NCBI GenBank assembly: GCA_964016885.1
Contig: OZ024742.1
Location: 83,080,001-83,144,000, forward strand
Direction: 5' to 3'
DNA: 64,000 nt
From: Eledone cirrhosa
Taxonomy: Eukaryota
Below are positions 1-13,001 of the stretch, in pieces. How positions within the stretch are numbered: the first letter of the stretch is position 1; the number at the start of each line of letters is the position of its first letter. The notes under the pieces were generated by a model. It was not told the origin of the DNA. It saw only the letters and a list, made by a program, of their open reading frames with translations, and searched no databases. Position numbers and translations under genes: made by a program.

Positions 1-340
1 TCACGTATTCTCCCACACACACTTAAACATACATGTCCAAACCCCTTTTTAAGGGGAGACAACTCTTTATCCACCTAACCTTCACTCTTTGAAATTAGAA
101 ATAGAATGGAATTTCTATACCATTTCCTGTCAGCATGACTTGGCAAGCTAATTAGAACACTGGATTAATCCCTTTACTTCCCTCCGAAGAAGAGATATTA
201 TCTCGAAAATTAAGGATATTTAAATAAATTTGTTAGCAATATCTTTTGCATTTGTATTTATATTCTATATCCATACCTGCATTGTTTTGGCCTTCTAACT
301 CCAAACTTTTATATATATATATACATATATGTGTGTGTGT

Positions 341-423
<83 letters not shown>
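341..423. repeat. (GATA)n microsatellite at the 3' end of the Tx1-like LINE
   Basis: Perfect atag/gata run directly abutting the element's 3' terminus (minus strand ...gtggcaaataaagaaagatatctatct). Confidence 0.95.
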
Positions 424-672
424 TCTTTCTTTATTTGCCACAGGGGCGTACAAAAATGGGATATTACAAGACGTGACGGCGGGGGTTTTAAATAACCTTA
501 ACATTAATAAATAACGATAAACTATATATAATAAAATAACAATTGAAATCCCCAGTAGGGGGAGGGGGGCGTTGCTGCAGGGTTGTTTTACACCCCGTAG
601 ATAGAACAACGCTCAACACCAGGAACACGTTTTGTAGGTGTTCCTGTCTTCCCTCTGTTTATCTTCCTCAAC

Positions 673-3458
673 CTACAGGTTTATATACAGAGAAGGCCCA
701 TTCACTCGGGCCATTTTTGCCACATTCGCCCTCCTTTCAGCGAATTTACCGGGGTGTAGCACCTCTCTCTCCACTCTGACCTTCCTTCTGAAGTGATACT
801 TAAAAAAGGGTATAAGTTATTGTCCGGAGAGAAAGGTGTTTGCCCTCAGTCCTTTTAACCTCGTCCACCATATTACCTCTTTCGCTATAGCCACCAGACA
901 GAGGAAAACCGCCTCTCGTTCGTTCTTAAATGAAGGCGGCGGGGTGATCCTCACGATGGACTCGGCTGACAACTAGTTGCATCCCTCAGGTGACAGCAGC
1001 TGTTCGACATAATTCCACAGGTCGGTCACCCCTGGGCGCTGAACAATTGCGTACAGAACGGTTTCGATGTCCTGCTCACATCTTGGACAGGTCCTTTTGA
1101 CAGGATCTCTGCCAGGGCGTCCGTGCCTGTAGATTTTGTCTCAAACTGGTAGAGCTCCTCGGTAGCACTGCCAGGCCAGAGACCTCTAGAAGGTATCCAT
1201 AGGCCCTGGACGGAAAGTCCTCCCGAACAGACTGGTCAGTTCGTCCTCCTCGATGCCTAGAATTTCCCCGATAACGTCGTCGCACTAATTCCCTATAGAA
1301 TGTCGAAATGGAGTCTCCGCTGATTGCCGTTCCCGCTTGGTAGAGGGCTGTGAGCGCCTGTAGGCACTCGAGGTGCCAGGCATCCATTTTCGGTCTTCGC
1401 TTGACCCACGACTGCAGCTCTGTTAGTGAGACGAGTTGTGGAAGAGCTTGACTCACAAACGACAGCCATACCGGTTCACCGGTCAGGAATACCTGGAGAT
1501 CGCGTAGCCTCAGCGCATGTTTGCGCATCATCAGCGGGGGAATACCCAACCCTCCGTTAGAGGGTGTTCACAGCAGATGGAACTCCTCACCAATAGAGCA
1601 TGTTTCTTCCAGAGGAACTTGAAGAATAGGCGTTCCATTTTTGTAAAGTATTTGCGTGGGCAAGGCACGATTGTCAAGCGGTAGTAGATTACGGACGCTA
1701 TGTAAGTGTTCACCACCTCCGCTCGACCTTTCAAGGAGAGTTTGCACTCAGTCCACTTTTGGGTGAGTGCAAACACCTCCACCGTGACCTCGTTCCAGTT
1801 CTTGTCCACCTGGAGGTCTGGACCGAACCAGACCCCGAGCAATTTCACCGGTCCATCCATCCAGCGTCCAACGACTCTGTCGGAAGGCATGGGTTTGCTT
1901 CTCCATCTGCCGAGTTGTAAACCGACAGACTTGTTTGGGTTTAGTCTTGCTCCTGTCAAGATTTCGTATTCCTGTAATAGGTTGCCGATTACCCGGATTT
2001 CCGAGGTTTTCGACACCATTACGGTTATGTCGTCGGCATAGGCCGACGCTGCTTTCAGCAGTCCTGGTTCGATCGGGATGGCCTGCAACAGCTCCAGCTT
2101 CCGCAGTAACGGCTCGAGAGTCAGTACATACAGAATGGAGGATAGAGGGCATCCCTGACGGATGGAACACATGATTTGGAATGGCTCTGATAGGTAGCCA
2201 TTCACCTTGACTGCCGACCAGATGCTGGTGTGCATGGCGACGATCACTTTGAAGACGGGACCAAAGCCGGCCGCCTTGAGAACTACTTTCGAGTATTGAT
2301 GGTCGACCATATCAAATGCGTTAGACTGATCTAAATTAATCAGAGCCCCACCGAAGCCAGGTTTACACCCTACCCTCTCTATAATGTATCGCATGAGGTG
2401 GAGGTTGTCGTGTATGGACCTGGTCGGGATTGCAGACGTTTGGTTTCCCCTACCAGGTTCTCGACGACAAGCGCCAGCCTTGCTGCTAACACCTTGGCCA
2501 AAATCTTTAACTCTGTATTGAGCAGAGTTATGGGCCTGAAATTGCTTATCTTATCCCCCTTGTTCTCATCTTTCCTGATCAGCGTTACTACGCCCCTGAC
2601 TACAGAACTGGGAATCCTCCAGTTCTGCTGCCAGTTGCAGTAGACCGCTTCGAGGTCGCCAGAGAACAAGTCTGGCATGCCTATGTAAATCTCATAGGGT
2701 AAACCATCTAGACCGGGTGATTTGCGTTTGCCGCAGCGGCGTAGGGCATCTTATATTTCTCCGCTGTGATCGGCCTTTCGGAGCTCTCCGCATCCGTGCT
2801 CGAGAGTCGCGGTACGCCATCGAGGTAGGAGCTGAAGTCCATCACCTCGTTCGATGTACCACTTTGCCAGAACAGTTGTGCAAAATGCTGCTGGAAGGTT
2901 GTGCAAAATGCTGCTGGAAGGTCGTGCAAATCTGCTTGGATTCAAGTATAATGTGTCCACCTTCGTCTTGCAAAGACCCAATTGTGGATTTGTTACCACT
3001 TTTCGCCTCTGCCACCCGGGCCCAGCTAACAGCTTTGGCTCCCTCGTTTCTTAGAGCACGTGTTTTACTTCTGACGATACAACCTTCGTGTTTCACGTTG
3101 AAGAACTGGTCTAGTGCCGTTCTCGCCACTAGCACGTCAGCTGTACTGCCATTCCTAACTGTCTCTTCTATTTTAGCTACCAGGCTGCCCTCCGGGTCCA
3201 AGTCAATCGTCTCTATTTTGAGATCCAAGTTTATTTTAAACAGAACAGCAACTCCCCGTCCACCTCCTGGCTGACAGAGAGATGCGTAGATCTAAAAATC
3301 ATCGAACATGGGGGTAGCTGCTGCTTATCGTGAATCCTGGACTCGGTGATGGCTATCACATCTGTACAATGTGACCTGAGATCATTTAAAAGCTGGCCCT
3401 GTTTCCAGGACATGCCCAGGCCACGTACATTCAAACATCAAGCTTGTATAGACGCCAT
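673..3458 (-). pseudogene. Tx1 ORF2 (APE endonuclease + reverse transcriptase), frameshifted and internally deleted
   Basis: APE start NVRGL...DVIAITES. RT motifs FRPITLLNTELKILAKVLA, LDQSNAFD, IRQGCPLS, AYADD, LLGV, LSLKGR. Split across several track ORFs. Confidence 0.9.
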
Positions 3459-3578
3459 GTTGGTGAAGAAGAGTTAAGGAGAGAAAAGGCAGGAACACTT
3501 ACCTTTTCGTTTCCTGGAGGTAGGGTTGTTAGATCTCCATGTCCAGATTGGTGGGGTTTGAGGATGGAGGGAATCCTT

Positions 3579-5369
3579 TTAGCAGGGCACGGTTAAGGGT
3601 TTTTTGGCAAGGGGGTCCACATCATGTGGGAAGTTCTCTTTTAAAATTTCATACTTTAGGGTTGTTACCCTGATAAGGTTGAGGTTTGGGGGTGGGTCGT
3701 TGGTGGGGAAGGTTTTCCTTTCCGTTTGTATTGTGGGCTCCTTTCGGACAGTTTCTACCAATTCTTTTTTTCTTGTTTTTATGTATGTGTAATGTCTTTT
3801 GTTTTTTATGTGTACTGTTTCTGTTTGTAGTTTTCTTTTTGTGGTTGGGGTTTGTGATTGTGGTGGTGTGGGTGTTTGTTTTGTTGGTGAAGTGTTTGGT
3901 TGTGTTGGTGGTGATTGTGTTGTTGGTATGTTTGTCGTTTGTGGCGGTGTATTTATGGTAGGGTTGGGTGTGTGCGTATTTTCTGTAGATATTTTTGTGT
4001 CTTTTTTGTTTTGGGGATTTTTGGCGTTCCTCTTCATTTTCGCTTGGAGATGTAGAAGTTCCCGCGTCTGAGACTTCTGAATCAGGGGTAGATTGGAGGG
4101 GTATGTTGTGTGGTGGAGTGTTTGTGCGGCGTTTGTGGAAGTATTTGACAGGAGGGGAGGAGGCAATGGGGATTTTTTCAGTGGGAGTTTGTGTGTGTGG
4201 TTGTCTCTGGTCTGTGGTAGTGTGGGAGTGGATGTTGCAGTTTTTTGTGTTGTGTTTGGTTTGGAGTGTTGATGTTGGGATTTTGGTGTTGGTAATAACA
4301 CCTTGTTTGTCCTCGGTTTGTTTAAGAGAGGGCAAAAGGCCTTTAAGTGTGAGGTTTTCCCACACTTATGGCACTGAGGTCTTTTCCCCTCCACTAAAAT
4401 GGAGATGACATCTTCCTCAAGGAGTATCCTGTCCGGTATTTTCTCAACTCTCTATGGCCTCATTTGTACCAGAACCTCGATGCAGGTTCCAAACCAGTTA
4501 TGGCGGTCTGTCCTGTCTACAGATAAGAGGGTGTCCTCATCCTTCTTCAGGATGCAGCGTAGGATCCACCATATGTTGACCTCTGCTGGGATTCTGGTTA
4601 TTTTTATTTTGTAGGATCTTCTTCCCATGTATGTGGGGAAGAAGATGTCTTGATCCGTTTTTATTGGGTGAACCGAGTGTTTTTGTGCCAGAGTTTCACT
4701 CTTAAAGAGCACTGACACACTTCCATACTGTTTACCTCTTTGGAGGTATGCCACGTCTGGCTTGATGTCTTTTATTGCAGCTTCGGTAGTGCTTGTTGGG
4801 AGCGTTATGGGTTTTTTGGTAATGATGTCAACTGTTCTATAAATTAGCTTCTTTTTCTGTGTCATCTCTCTTACTTGTGGGGGTATGTGGATGTGTGGGG
4901 TGTCTCGCTCAAACGTCACATAGTTGAAAGCTTCTTCCAAATATTTGGACTTTTGGGAAATGTCCATGGAGTAGTATTTAAAATCCTGTTGCTTAGCAAC
5001 GGTTCCTACAAATGACATTTTGTTATTGTTGTTGTTGTTGGTGATGATGGTCTCATTCGATGTGTTGCCGCTGATTCCTTTTGTTGTGTTGTTGTTGTTC
5101 TCATTGATTGTGTTGTTGTTGTTGCTTGTGGTGGTGTTAGTGTTTACTACATATACTTCCTTTTGTGTGTAGATACATGTGACGTTTGTGACGTCAGGCG
5201 TCTTCAGTTGATTACAAGCAGCTGAAGCTTGTTCCTCTTCTAAATGTTGAGGCGATAATGTTGGCATTCCTTTGTCCATGTCTGCTACTACCTGCTGGTC
5301 AAGTAGGCATGGCTTTCCCTTCCCATCTTCTTGTTTTGACAAAGAAGTAAGTGCCTTTGCTTCGGCCAT
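3579..5369 (-). pseudogene. Tx1 ORF1 (gag-like nucleic-acid-binding protein), interrupted near 4450
   Basis: ORFs 4452-5369 and 3579-4394. Zinc knuckle CHKCGKTSHLKAFC (CX2CX4HX4C) followed by a Pro/Thr-rich tail; lies upstream of ORF2. Confidence 0.8.
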
Positions 5370-5585
5370 ATTTTAAAAATTGAAGTGTTTTGCAAAAATC
5401 TTTTCGAAAATATTTTGGATGTTTTTGCCCCCAGGGGCACGATATTTTGGAAGACTGACCAGATCAAATTTTGACCCGTCCGTCCCTCTACAAATTGGTA
5501 TAAAAATAAAAGTTCACAATGACGAATTTCTAAAGAAATTTAAACAAAACTTACCGAGCAAGTTTAACACGTGTCAGTCCCAGAG

Positions 5586-5586
<1 letters not shown>

Positions 5587-5657
<71 letters not shown>

Positions 5658-5673
5658 TTCTTTATTGGCCACA
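5587..5673 (-). repeat. (GATA)n tract plus an ~18-bp 3'-terminal stub of a second Tx1 copy
   Basis: tttctttattggccaca after the tract matches tttctttatttgccaca at about 426-442. Confidence 0.75.
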
Positions 5674-5729
5674 AGATAGATAGACAGACATATATATATA
5701 GATATATATGGAAAGCAAGTTTGTTTTGT

Positions 5730-5920
5730 AACAGCGAGTGAAGTTTGAAATTTGTTAAAAATAGAAGCTTTCGTGTTATTTTTTACTAAATAAATGTTAC
5801 CCTGATAGTGGAGTTTAAAACCCTCTAAAAATGGAAAAGCCACTAACAGGCTAAAATGTCTTTAGTCAAAAATACGTCGAAGCTTCTATTTTAAACAAAT
5901 TTCAAACTGCGCTCGCTGTT
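5730..5920. mobile_element. Fold-back / MITE-like element (~80-bp imperfect inverted arms)
   Basis: aacagcgagtgaagtttgaaatttgttaaaaatagaagcttt is mirrored by gaagcttctattttaaacaaatttcaaactgcgctcgctgtt. Confidence 0.7.
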
Positions 5921-6344
5921 TCAAAGAAAACTTTGCTTTGTCATTATACTTGCTATGAATGTATAGATTCTAATTTGAATGGAAAGGGATGGGTGATATG
6001 TTGGCGTAATGGTAGCACATTGATCTGGACAACCAAAGGAAACTTGTAATATATTTGTCTTAACATTTTCGTTTGTCAATATATGTATATTGAAATGATA
6101 AATTTGATTTAATAGTAGTACATTTTGGGAAATCTCCATTTTCTTCTAGAAAACCGTATGGGATATTCGCTATATATTTATCATGTTCCACATACACGTA
6201 CAGACGCGCAATCTAGAATACACACACAATCACAAAATTGCAAACAATTAACAAAAATCGACCTATAATAAAGAGAGTAAAATGTTCAACCTCAATTTGG
6301 ATGCGGGTTATCCCTGGCAATTTAAAGAATAATGCTGAAATGAA

Positions 6345-6590
6345 GTCATCGGATAGGACCGATATTCTAAGCATTGCGTTTTTAATCGGGAGCTTGTCAG
6401 TTCGACTCCCAGACCGGGTAATGTGGTGCGCCAATTTACTCAGCTGTAGAAATAAAGTACGACGTCACGGGTGGCATGGGCACGGGTAACTGTCATAATT
6501 GATGATCTTCCATAAACAACCTAGCCCAGAGGGAAACTTTCTGAGTGCAAACCCCATGGTCATTCGTCACGGAAGGTGGTCTTGAAACTT
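6345..6590 (+). mobile_element. Degenerate tRNA-derived SINE (family B)
   Basis: B-box-like gttcgactcc; actcagctgtagaaat shared with copies at 33005 and 63567; 3' part similar to the 33005 copy. Confidence 0.55.
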
Positions 6591-7094
6591 ACTATATATA
6601 TATATATATATAAACTATAATAAAATGAGTAGTGCGGGACTGCGTATGCTTTATTTCTTTTAATCACAGTTAGTAAAATAAGTTGGATTACTTTGAATAA
6701 ATAATATATGAATATTACATAATTTATCTACTAACTTTCTTAACTGTTGATTAAATATATGTTATTGCTTATTTAAAGATTCACTTCTTTAACATTTTTA
6801 AATGTCAACAGTTCCGGTTAGCGATCGCTTAAATAAACATTCATATATTTCCATCACTAATTTTTTCCTAATGCAGTTTATATATAATAACGTCTTTTTT
6901 AAATGTATCATGGATTACATTACCGATTACAGAAGACACTGTAACACAGTCTCTCTCTTCAATTTCTGTGTATATTGTCAATTACGATTTTATTTGATAT
7001 ATCATATCTACATGCATGTATATTTGCGTATAATATCAATATTCACACTACACATGCTAGCAGAAGACCTCCCGAGGATGGATTTTTTGCTAGT

Positions 7095-7241
7095 ATATAT
7101 AACAAAGAGAGTGTGGTAAGAAACCAGGTGGACCATAACGTACCAGAGTACTCGACAATTAGGGTAGTAGAGTAGGTAATATGAAAAGAGTCAGGACCCC
7201 GATGGCTGAGCTCCGGTAGTTTCGACAGTTAGAACCGAACT
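7095..7241 (-). mobile_element. PLE tail fragment (family of 31261-31640) with the 3' half of an HHR
   Basis: Matches 11595-11733 and 31500-31640 (gtggtaag..accaggtggaccataacg); flanked by TA runs. Confidence 0.75.
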
Positions 7242-7242
7242 G

Positions 7243-7305
<63 letters not shown>

Positions 7306-7509
7306 TGAGAGAGTGAGAGGGGGAAAGTGAGAGAGACAAATGTAGAACACTGGAAGGTAATATCCGTAGTGGTAGAGCACTCAGTCCATGGGACGAGTTA
7401 GGTAGAAGTGGTTACACATAGTTAGTTCACCATACCTAGAACAATTGTTTGACCTAAGCGGATCTTAATGGTTATACGGAATAGGCTATTCCGTATAACC
7501 ATGACCAGT

Positions 7510-7549
7510 CCGAGCTGAGGATCCGCTAAGGTGAAACAATTGTTCTTGG
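7510..7549 (+). ncRNA. Type I minimal hammerhead ribozyme
   Basis: ccgag-CTGAGGA-tccgctaaggt-GAAA-caattg-TT-cttgg; helix I ccgag/cttgg, palindromic helix III. Confidence 0.7.
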
Positions 7550-7576
7550 TATGGTGAACTAACTGTTGTGTTACCA

Positions 7577-7625
<49 letters not shown>

Positions 7626-7828
7626 GAATTTTAGTAGAGCATAAACGAAGCTTTAGTTTGCGGCCAAGCTAACGAATGCAAATTCGGTATGTAGCCTTAG
7701 CACCCCAGAGTAATAACAATACGTTTAGACAGCTTAGCAAATCAAATATAGCGATCGACAGTCCCGCCGCATTACCACACTAACGAAAATACAGGACTCA
7801 GGAAATATATATATATATATATATATAT

Positions 7829-7923
<95 letters not shown>

Positions 7924-8235
7924 GATACAAGTACATGAGCTGAGAAATACGTAGGTGGCAAATATTTGGTAACGTTCACGAATCAATGCATGTTCATCAA
8001 CTGTCCAAACGGAGTTAAACATTTGAAAGCTTACCAACTGATCCACAGGTATAGTATACTTAATATCGTCTATCAATTTAGTTAAATACCGCCTTAAACA
8101 AATAACGAAATCAAACCACACTACACGACACAGACGTGAACGATATAGAAATCAATCTCAAACACAGAAAGAGATATTAACTAAAATTACAATGAATAGT
8201 GAATAAATACACAAAATTGCAAGTTCAGTCGAACA

Positions 8236-8351
8236 GACAAAAAACAATTACATCCATAGAAACAAAAAAAGAAGAGACAAAAAACAATTACATCCATAGA
8301 AACAAAAAAGAAGAGACAAAAAACAATTACATCCATAGAAACAAAAAAGAA
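8236..8351. repeat. ~40-bp minisatellite x3
   Basis: gacaaaaaacaattacatccatagaaacaaaaaa(a)gaaga repeated. Confidence 0.9.
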
Positions 8352-10436
8352 AATAAGATATCTATAGCGCCGGTGACGCAGGGAACAAGTAATTAAATGC
8401 CCTTTTGCCAATCAGGTATGAGAAGTTAATAACTACTTACATCTGAAATGTGTGAAGTCGGAAAGCTACATGAAGATTCAATAGTGCCATATCACACATA
8501 GGAGTAAAGAAATTACTTAACATGATAGAAGATGAGGTAGGAAATAGGATTATGCCCTGGTAATGTGGTAGAAGAGACAATAATTTAAGCGAATAGTGTT
8601 CAACATAACATGAACGGAACAAACAACTTTATATTTATAATCTATCAACATAACCATTTTAAACGCTCATTTTAAAAGCTGCTGGTCTATTCCATTGCTC
8701 GGCTTCTAGGAAAATGTTTAAACTCGGTGCTGCACTATATTGAAGAACGAGGAACGAGACGATACCACAGAACAGAACGCAAATGTGAACAATAAAGTAT
8801 TCAAAAATATAAATACAGAACTAACGTGATTGCTTTGTCGACTTGCAATGCTCACGTGAGAGGATACTTTATAGAGACTCAAGGAAAGGAGTCATCTAAC
8901 AAGCACTAAATGAATTGCATAAATACCAAGTGTATGCATAGAATGGAAACCCAACATTTATATTAAACAGTCGCTTCTGTCACGATATTACGTAAAGTCT
9001 TTCACATGGTATTTTACGAGGAAATATAGCAAATTGAAACTATAATAGAACTGGTTTATGATTCAAACGCACTTTCCGATCAATACAAGAGATCTTACTG
9101 TAATAAGAAATTGATAATTCGAGTGGAATTTATGACAAAAGTAAACAAACATGAAAACAAATTAGAATATACTTTACGCATGTGATATGATTTACTTTCT
9201 TTTACTCTATAGTTCTATTTCACGAAAGATTTCGTAAACAAATATCGAACAGTAAATTGACGTAAACATGTGAAAAAAATTAATAAATTAAAGCAACTAA
9301 TGTTTGAAAACATATAAATTAATTTAATCACCATCATGTTTGAATAGAAATATTAATTAAATTTATCCATTAACTCAACTGAAACATACGAAAAACTATT
9401 AACAAAATATTCTTCAAATAAAAATGGAAGCTTCATTAAAGAACTACTGAAAAATGTTAACCAAATATAACACATACGAAAAATAATTATTCATAAAATA
9501 CCATGATCAAATAAATAATCATATAATAAATATAAATAATTCTATATAGAATTATTTTACACATACAAATAATCTTCCCCCAATCAGCGGTAATAAATGG
9601 AATGCAATTAAAATATGTACTAAAGAACGAATCAAATATTTTCTCGAGACACCAGCGCCTCATCAATTCATAGCTTCCTCTCTCATTTCTGTATTTGCTC
9701 TTCAACAGAAGCCAACATGACGTTATAGTTTCACGTCGAAAACGGAGATAACAATACTTCTTAATGTATTTATTTGTGAAAGCAATTCTCTTAAAAAGAA
9801 ATTGCGTGTAAAAATTATTAGAGATTCGGATGATTTTATAGTGTAGAGAATATGATTTTTAGAGATTACGGGGAGTGGCTGAGTTTGTGTTTATTCTCTG
9901 CCTATATGTTAGGTTACATCTGCTAGGCAATTTCAACCCATCTCTTTGGCATGTGAGTGATTAGTGACAGGAGAGCATGTCGCTGAGTATCGAGAGCCGC
10001 AAAATCAATATTGGGTGCCGGAATCCAGCTATTAAATATTATATTAATTTCAAGTCCTAATTTTGAAAATTTTTGTTTTCTAATTTGGAACAATTTATTT
10101 TAGAAACAATTTAAATTAAAATTTATTTTCCAAATTACTTCAAAGTGATTAAGTTTGAATTCTAGATTCTTAGGATGATTCTAAAATATATTTTAGGGGC
10201 TGTTATATCTAGATACATGTAGAGGAAACAAGCTATGTTTGTGAATATCAACACGTTTTGATTTAATTGGCATTATTTAAGTGTAAATTCGAAATTCCAT
10301 TTGTAATTCTAATTGTTCATTCCTTTCGTTTTATATGGAACTGTTTAGTTAGTGTCTTTGTAACTTTTCGTAGTTGTAAAATCATGTCTTCATGATAGAT
10401 ACGGTCCCCTCAGTATAAAACTATATTTGTGTGTGT

Positions 10437-10607
10437 TTGTTGGTCTGCAGTATCGGTAGAAGTCGGGCGCCATGTTTTGAATAATAGTCACGTCCTTTTA
10501 CGTTCTGATTTCAAATCCCGCCGAGGTTAACTTTACCTTTCATCCTTACGGGGTCGATAAAATGCAGTACCAGTAATATACTGTATTTGCTGGCCTTGTG
10601 CCAAAGG
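10437..10607 (+). mobile_element. tRNA-derived SINE (family A)
   Basis: ttcaaatcccgccgaggttaacttt.cctttcatccttacggggtcgataaaat...ggccttgtgccaaa, shared by several copies in the window. Confidence 0.8.
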
Positions 10608-11395
10608 TATTTAGTGCATAAGTTAGTACAAATAATCTGGTATCCGCAAAAAGACAGAAACTAGATAGTTATAACGATTGTGGCGTGCGGGAGGTTGTCC
10701 TCTTTGTACCACTATCGTGGGCTGATTTTAATTTTAATTTTATTAAGATCATATGGTAATTTGGGTTCTGATTTCGGCTTTGTTTTTATACATGGGTAGG
10801 AAATATGGGTTCTTGGTTAGATATAAAGTATTTTTGACTATGTTGTTTGTAGTAAACATTATCTTTGTGTTAAACATTATTTTTTGTTTTATTACGGTGT
10901 AATTGTATTTTTCATAATGCTTCTTGATAGTATAAATTTGTTGTAATTCTAGAAATTTGTTGATTTTCATGTTAGGTAGGTTTCATAAAGTAAATACAAT
11001 TTGTGTGTACATACACACGCATCCACGCAACGATACGCAGAGTCACATATAATTTGAACTGCATACGCAAATTCAAATACAAGAGAGCGAATGAATGTTT
11101 TACAGTATGTCTCTGGTAAATATTGCCTTTATTTAAATACAGTTACTTAATAAAAAATAAAAGCATTCCGCTATATTTCCTGTAACCAATGACAACAGTG
11201 TATGCCATATCAATAACACTTCGAAGAATTGTAAATACGATTTGTATATGCTTTATTAGCAGACACATTGGACGTGATAAAAATAGCATAGAATAAATGT
11301 AACTATGCTGCATTATATATGTAGGCATGTCTGTGTGTGTGAATGTATATTTATGTATGCATTTAAGCCTGTATGCGAGCATATATATAAGTCTG

Positions 11396-11426
<31 letters not shown>

Positions 11427-11561
11427 CCGTATGTGGCTGACGGGTGGGAGACAAGATCATCTCTGAATGACCCTATGATAAACAGGTGAAACTCCAGAGT
11501 AACAAGACGCACTATACTATTTGTACTGCCTCTGTGTTTGTTGTTCTCTGTTTATTTATTC

Positions 11562-11594
<33 letters not shown>

Positions 11595-11597
<3 letters not shown>

Positions 11598-11789
11598 CGA
11601 AGGAAATGTGGTAAGGAACCAGGTGGACCATAACGCACCAAAGTACTCAATACTTGGGGTAGTAGAGTGGGTAATAGGAACCAGTAAGACCCCGACGGCT
11701 AAGCTCAAGCCGTTTCGACGGCTAATTCTGGACTGTCCAGAATTAGCCGTCGAAACGGCTTGAGCTCAGCCGTCGGGGTCTTACTGGTT

Positions 11790-11794
<5 letters not shown>
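11595..11794 (-). mobile_element. PLE tail fragment ending in a 60-bp snap-back hairpin
   Basis: Arms 11674-11733 and 11735-11794 with one mismatch and a 1-nt loop; (TA)n on both sides. Confidence 0.85.
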
Positions 11795-11865
<71 letters not shown>

Positions 11866-12026
11866 GAATTGGAGCTCTGAAATAGCGATATATATATGAA
11901 TGTATATATAGTGTATTTTGCAATACATTGTGTGCTTAATTAAAAGCATTTCGAAGACCTTACGCTATTGTTTTAGAGTAGTGACAGTCTCACTTACTTT
12001 AAATGTTCAGCAAACAGGGGAGATAA

Positions 12027-12071
12027 AGCTGACAGAGCTCTGTTTCAGACTGATTGGTACTTATCAAAGCC
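12027..12071 (-). ncRNA. Hammerhead ribozyme, array unit 1 (U3-A8 core, helix II weakened)
   Basis: ggct TTGATAA gtaccaatcagtct GAAA cagagctctg TC agct. Confidence 0.7.
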
Positions 12072-12346
12072 AAGTACTCCACGTGTTTGCTGAAAATCAT
12101 GAATGTTTGATTCTTATAGAATTCTACTAATAATCAGGAACTGATTATACCGAGCGGTTGCCGGTCAACCAGAAATTGAAAATTAATATTCACCCATTGA
12201 AATAGCGATATATATATGAATGTATATATAGTGTATTTTGCAATACACTGTATACTTAATTAAAAGCACGTCGAAGACGTTGCGCTATTGTTTTAGAGTA
12301 GTGACAGTCTCACTTACTTTAAATTTTCAGCAAACAGGGGAGATAA

Positions 12347-12390
12347 AGCTGACAGAGCTCTGTTCCTACTGATTGGTACTTATCACAGCC
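12347..12390 (-). ncRNA. Hammerhead ribozyme, array unit 2 (core mutated)
   Basis: ggct GTGATAA gtaccaatcagta GGAA cagagctctg TC agct. Confidence 0.55.
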
Positions 12391-12665
12391 AAGTACTCCA
12401 CCTATTTGCTGAAAATCAGGAATGTTTGATTATCATAGAATTCTAGTAATAATCAGGAACTGATTATACAGAGCGGTTATGGCTCAAGCAAAAATTGAAA
12501 ATTAGAATTGGTGCTCTGAAATAGCGATATATATATGAATGTATATATAATGTATTTTGCAATACACTGTATGCTTAATTAAAAGCATTTCGAAGACCTT
12601 GCTCTATTGTTTTAGAATAGTGACAGTCGCACTTACTTTAAATTTTCAGCAAACAGGGGAGATAA

Positions 12666-12710
12666 AGCTGACAGAACTCTGTTTCGTACTGATTGGTACT
12701 TATCAAAGCC
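12666..12710 (-). ncRNA. Hammerhead ribozyme, array unit 3 (intact U3-A8 variant)
   Basis: ggct TTGATAA gtac caatca gtac GAAA cag agtt ctg TC agct; all three helices pair; GUC cleavage triplet. Confidence 0.85.
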
Positions 12711-13001
12711 AAGTAATTCACCTGTTTGCTGAAAATCATGAATATTTGATTCTTATAGAATTCTAGTAATAATCAGGAACTGATTATACAGAGGGGTTGC
12801 CTGTCAAGCAGAAATTGAAAATTAGAATTGGTGCTCTGACATAACGATATATATATGAATGTATATGTCGTGTATTTTGCAATACACTGTATGCTTAATT
12901 AAAAGCATGTCGAAGACCTTACGCTATTGTTTTAGAGTAGTGACAGTCTCACTTACTTTAAATGTTCAGCAAACAGAGCTCTGTCAGCTTTATCTCCCCT
13001 G

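Larger units (their letters stand above)
424..5585 (-). mobile_element. Tx1-clade (L1 superfamily) non-LTR retrotransposon, near full length, inactivated
   Basis: 5'UTR, gag-like ORF1 with CCHC knuckle, APE-RT ORF2 and 3'UTR with AATAAA, bounded on both sides by (GATA)n. Confidence 0.9.

Noticed and set aside
8236-8351. CRISPR-like repeat
   Set aside because: Contiguous tandem units with no spacers, in eukaryotic context.
8460-8620. Integrase zinc-finger-like stretch (SHIGVKKLLNMI)
   Set aside because: Too short and degraded; no catalytic core found.
9487-9705. Possible host exon (LMRRWCLEKIFDSFF...)
   Set aside because: No recognisable domain, no supported splice structure and no neighbouring exons.
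12560-12640. Second hammerhead per array unit (minus GAAA-tgc...gca-TA; plus CTGATTA...GAAA)
   Set aside because: No NUGANNA core with a matching helix I could be placed on either strand.
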